Shown here piece by piece: positions 49,838 to 50,367 of a stretch of 50,367 nucleotides of DNA. Within the stretch, counting starts at the first letter, position 1. Each line of letters begins with the position of its first letter. The stretch is from positions 1 to 50,367 of the forward strand of contig CADAUE010000001.1 in assembly GCA_902790985.1 (NCBI GenBank), in the 5' to 3' direction. The notes below the pieces were generated by a model. That model did not search any database, was not told where the DNA came from, and saw nothing but the letters and a program-made list of their open reading frames with translations. Position numbers and translations under genes: made by a program. The stretch is from an uncultured Ruminococcus sp. (lineage in GTDB: Bacteria; Bacillota; Clostridia; Oscillospirales; Acutalibacteraceae).

Positions 49838-50272
49838 ATGAAAACAGTCGATATCTACACCGACGGCGCCTGCTCCGGCAATCCCGGTCCCGGAGGCTGG
49901 GGAGCCGTCCTCAGATACAATGGTCATGAGAAAGAGATCTCCGGCGGTGAAGCGCATACCACCAACAACCGTATGGAGCTGATGGCGGTGATCGAAGCGC
50001 TGAGCCTGCTCAAGGAGCCGTGCAAGGTCAACCTCTACTCCGACAGCCAGTATGTATGCAACGCCTTAAAGCTCGGCTGGGCGAAGAAATGGCAGGCGAA
50101 CGGCTGGATGCGCAACAAAAAAGAAAAAGCCCTCAACCCCGAATTATGGGAAAAGCTCCTCACGTTATGCGACAAGCACGAGGTGGAACCGATCTGGGTG
50201 AAGGGTCACGCCGGTCATCCCGAAAACGAACGCTGCGACCGCTTAGCGGTTGCGGAAAGTCAGAAGTTTTAA
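49838..50272 (+). CDS. rnhA: Ribonuclease HI
   Basis: [42 protein letters not shown]. Confidence 0.97.
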   Translation: MKTVDIYTDGACSGNPGPGGWGAVLRYNGHEKEISGGEAHTTNNRMELMAVIEALSLLKEPCKVNLYSDSQYVCNALKLGWAKKWQANGWMRNKKEKALNPELWEKLLTLCDKHEVEPIWVKGHAGHPENERCDRLAVAESQKF

Positions 50273-50367
50273 TACTAATCCTTAATTAAAACCTTTATCA
50301 TATATTGGGCTAAATTTCGCATAGCTTTGTTGGACTCCTTGACAGGCGCCAGCCTGCCTGCGTCGCC

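Overview
Chromosomal window from a Clostridia-type Firmicute (gene content and order suggest a Ruminococcus/Oscillospirales-like gut or rumen anaerobe; this is inference). 1-7.6 kb is the right end of a prophage: repeat-rich tail fibre, lysis cassette (r1t-type holin, amidase), HTH/Zn-finger and SHOCT-like small genes, and two tandem large serine recombinases followed by a repeat array. 7.6-7.95 kb is a structured non-coding junction that includes a tRNA-like cloverleaf with an AAC anticodon and a broken acceptor end. Next come an SPFH protein, a membrane protein, a complete 9-gene V/A-type ATPase operon (minus strand) and a DUF2325-like protein. The most notable locus (21.0-32.5 kb) is a four-gene operon with its own promoter and terminator: STAS anti-anti-sigma factor, bimodular NRPS (C-A-T-C-A-T-R), MATE exporter fused to an RsbW-like HATPase domain, and a membrane sensor (HAMP, PP2C/SpoIIE phosphatase, HATPase). 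This is a complete partner-switching set fused around a peptide-aldehyde-type synthetase and its exporter, with no sigma factor in the operon. The rest is largely housekeeping: DUF1846, ABC-2 exporter, XRE-AbrB regulator, uvrA, ftsH, hpt, tilS, dnaB, rplI, gdpP, rnj and rnhA, with several intergenic REP-like elements. All calls come from motifs read by eye; no searches were run.
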